A stretch of DNA of 64,000 bases, taken from an uncultured Gemmatimonadales bacterium. Lineage in GTDB: Bacteria; Gemmatimonadota; Gemmatimonadetes; Longimicrobiales; RSA9. The stretch spans positions 800,001 through 864,000 of the forward strand of contig CAWCRS010000003.1 in NCBI GenBank assembly GCA_963798085.1, read 5' to 3'. The notes beneath the pieces were generated by a model, which had not been told where the DNA came from, searched no databases, and saw only the letters and a program-made list of their open reading frames with translations. The number at the start of each line of letters is the position of its first letter. The first letter of the stretch is position 1. The translations under genes were made by a program, and so were the position numbers. Below, piece by piece: positions 63,572-64,000 of the stretch.

Positions 63572-64000
63572 GTGTCAGCCGTTCGAATACACACTCTCGG
63601 AGACTGCTTCGTAAGAGTTGATGGCGGCACGGTGAGGCGTCCGCCGCCACTCCAGTTCGCCGTGCTTGTGTATCTTGCCTGGCGGGGTGACTATGCAATT
63701 TCCGCCAATGAACTAGCGGCGCTTTTTTGGGGCGAACTGCCAGAAAGTCGTGCTAAACGTTGCCTCAGTCAGTGTCTCTATGCCCTGAGGCGCTCTTTGT
63801 TATTGCCGATAGACGTAGCGAGCGGTACCGTTGTGTTGAAACCTTCTTCCATTTTCGTTGACGCGAAAGCGTTCCTTGTGCTAGTCGCCGCTGGCAAACT
63901 TCGTGACGCCGCTGCTATGCACTCCGGTACGTTCTTGGCCCACCTACGACTGCGCGGGAAGCGTGACTTCAGATTTTGGCATGACAGGGTTGCAGCTGAT
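63572..64000 (+). CDS. AfsR/SARP-family (winged HTH + BTAD) transcriptional regulator, 3'-truncated by the window; absent from the ORF track
   Basis: Manual translation from GTG 63572: RIHTLG...AVLVYLA...ELAALFWGE....AKRCLSQCLYALRRSL...VDAKAF...GTFL...DFRFW; no stop before 64000. Confidence 0.85.
   Translation, partial: MSAVRIHTLGDCFVRVDGGTVRRPPPLQFAVLVYLAWRGDYAISANELAALFWGELPESRAKRCLSQCLYALRRSLLLPIDVASGTVVLKPSSIFVDAKAFLVLVAAGKLRDAAAMHSGTFLAHLRLRGKRDFRFWHDRVAAD

Overview
High-GC bacterial chromosomal segment whose gene content (SusC/SusD pair, Tad pilus, ECF-kinase pair, 6-bladed propeller proteins) suggests Gemmatimonadota; this assignment is inference. From left to right: an oxidative pentose-phosphate operon (gnd-zwf-pgl-ROK kinase); SusC/SusD with two lipoproteins; a NatAB-like ABC exporter; a minus-strand Tad/Flp pilus operon (flp-cpaA-tadE-cpaB-cpaC-tadG-cpaE-cpaF-tadB-tadC) that continues, mostly by overlapping start/stop codons, into five accessory genes (DUF192, beta-repeat membrane protein, GT-C-like membrane protein, prenyltransferase/squalene-cyclase-repeat protein, Tat-lipoprotein DUF362) and is preceded by a sigma-54 two-component system; a CDC48-type AAA ATPase; proline dehydrogenase; tesA/ybbA/ybbP; a Ca/Na antiporter; an APC permease; ECF sigma + Ser/Thr kinase; DUF2182/DUF1326; Lnb-like DUF4105; M28 peptidase; cytochrome c; several hydrolases; and tdk. 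At the right end a hypothetical gene leads into a lower-GC stretch with a tiny hydrophobic GG-peptide ORF carrying a perfect Shine-Dalgarno, a membrane-anchored HD-GYP gene and a BTAD/SARP regulator. Two intergenic repeat families and a 23-bp VNTR are present. No rRNA, tRNA, CRISPR, integrase or transposase was recognised. Genes beyond ~42 kb carry many single-base indels, most likely long-read errors. The best candidates for undescribed systems are the peptide/HD-GYP signalling module (60.8-64 kb) and the Tad-linked putative pilin-modification cassette (12.4-17 kb). All family calls come from motif recognition by eye; no searches were run.
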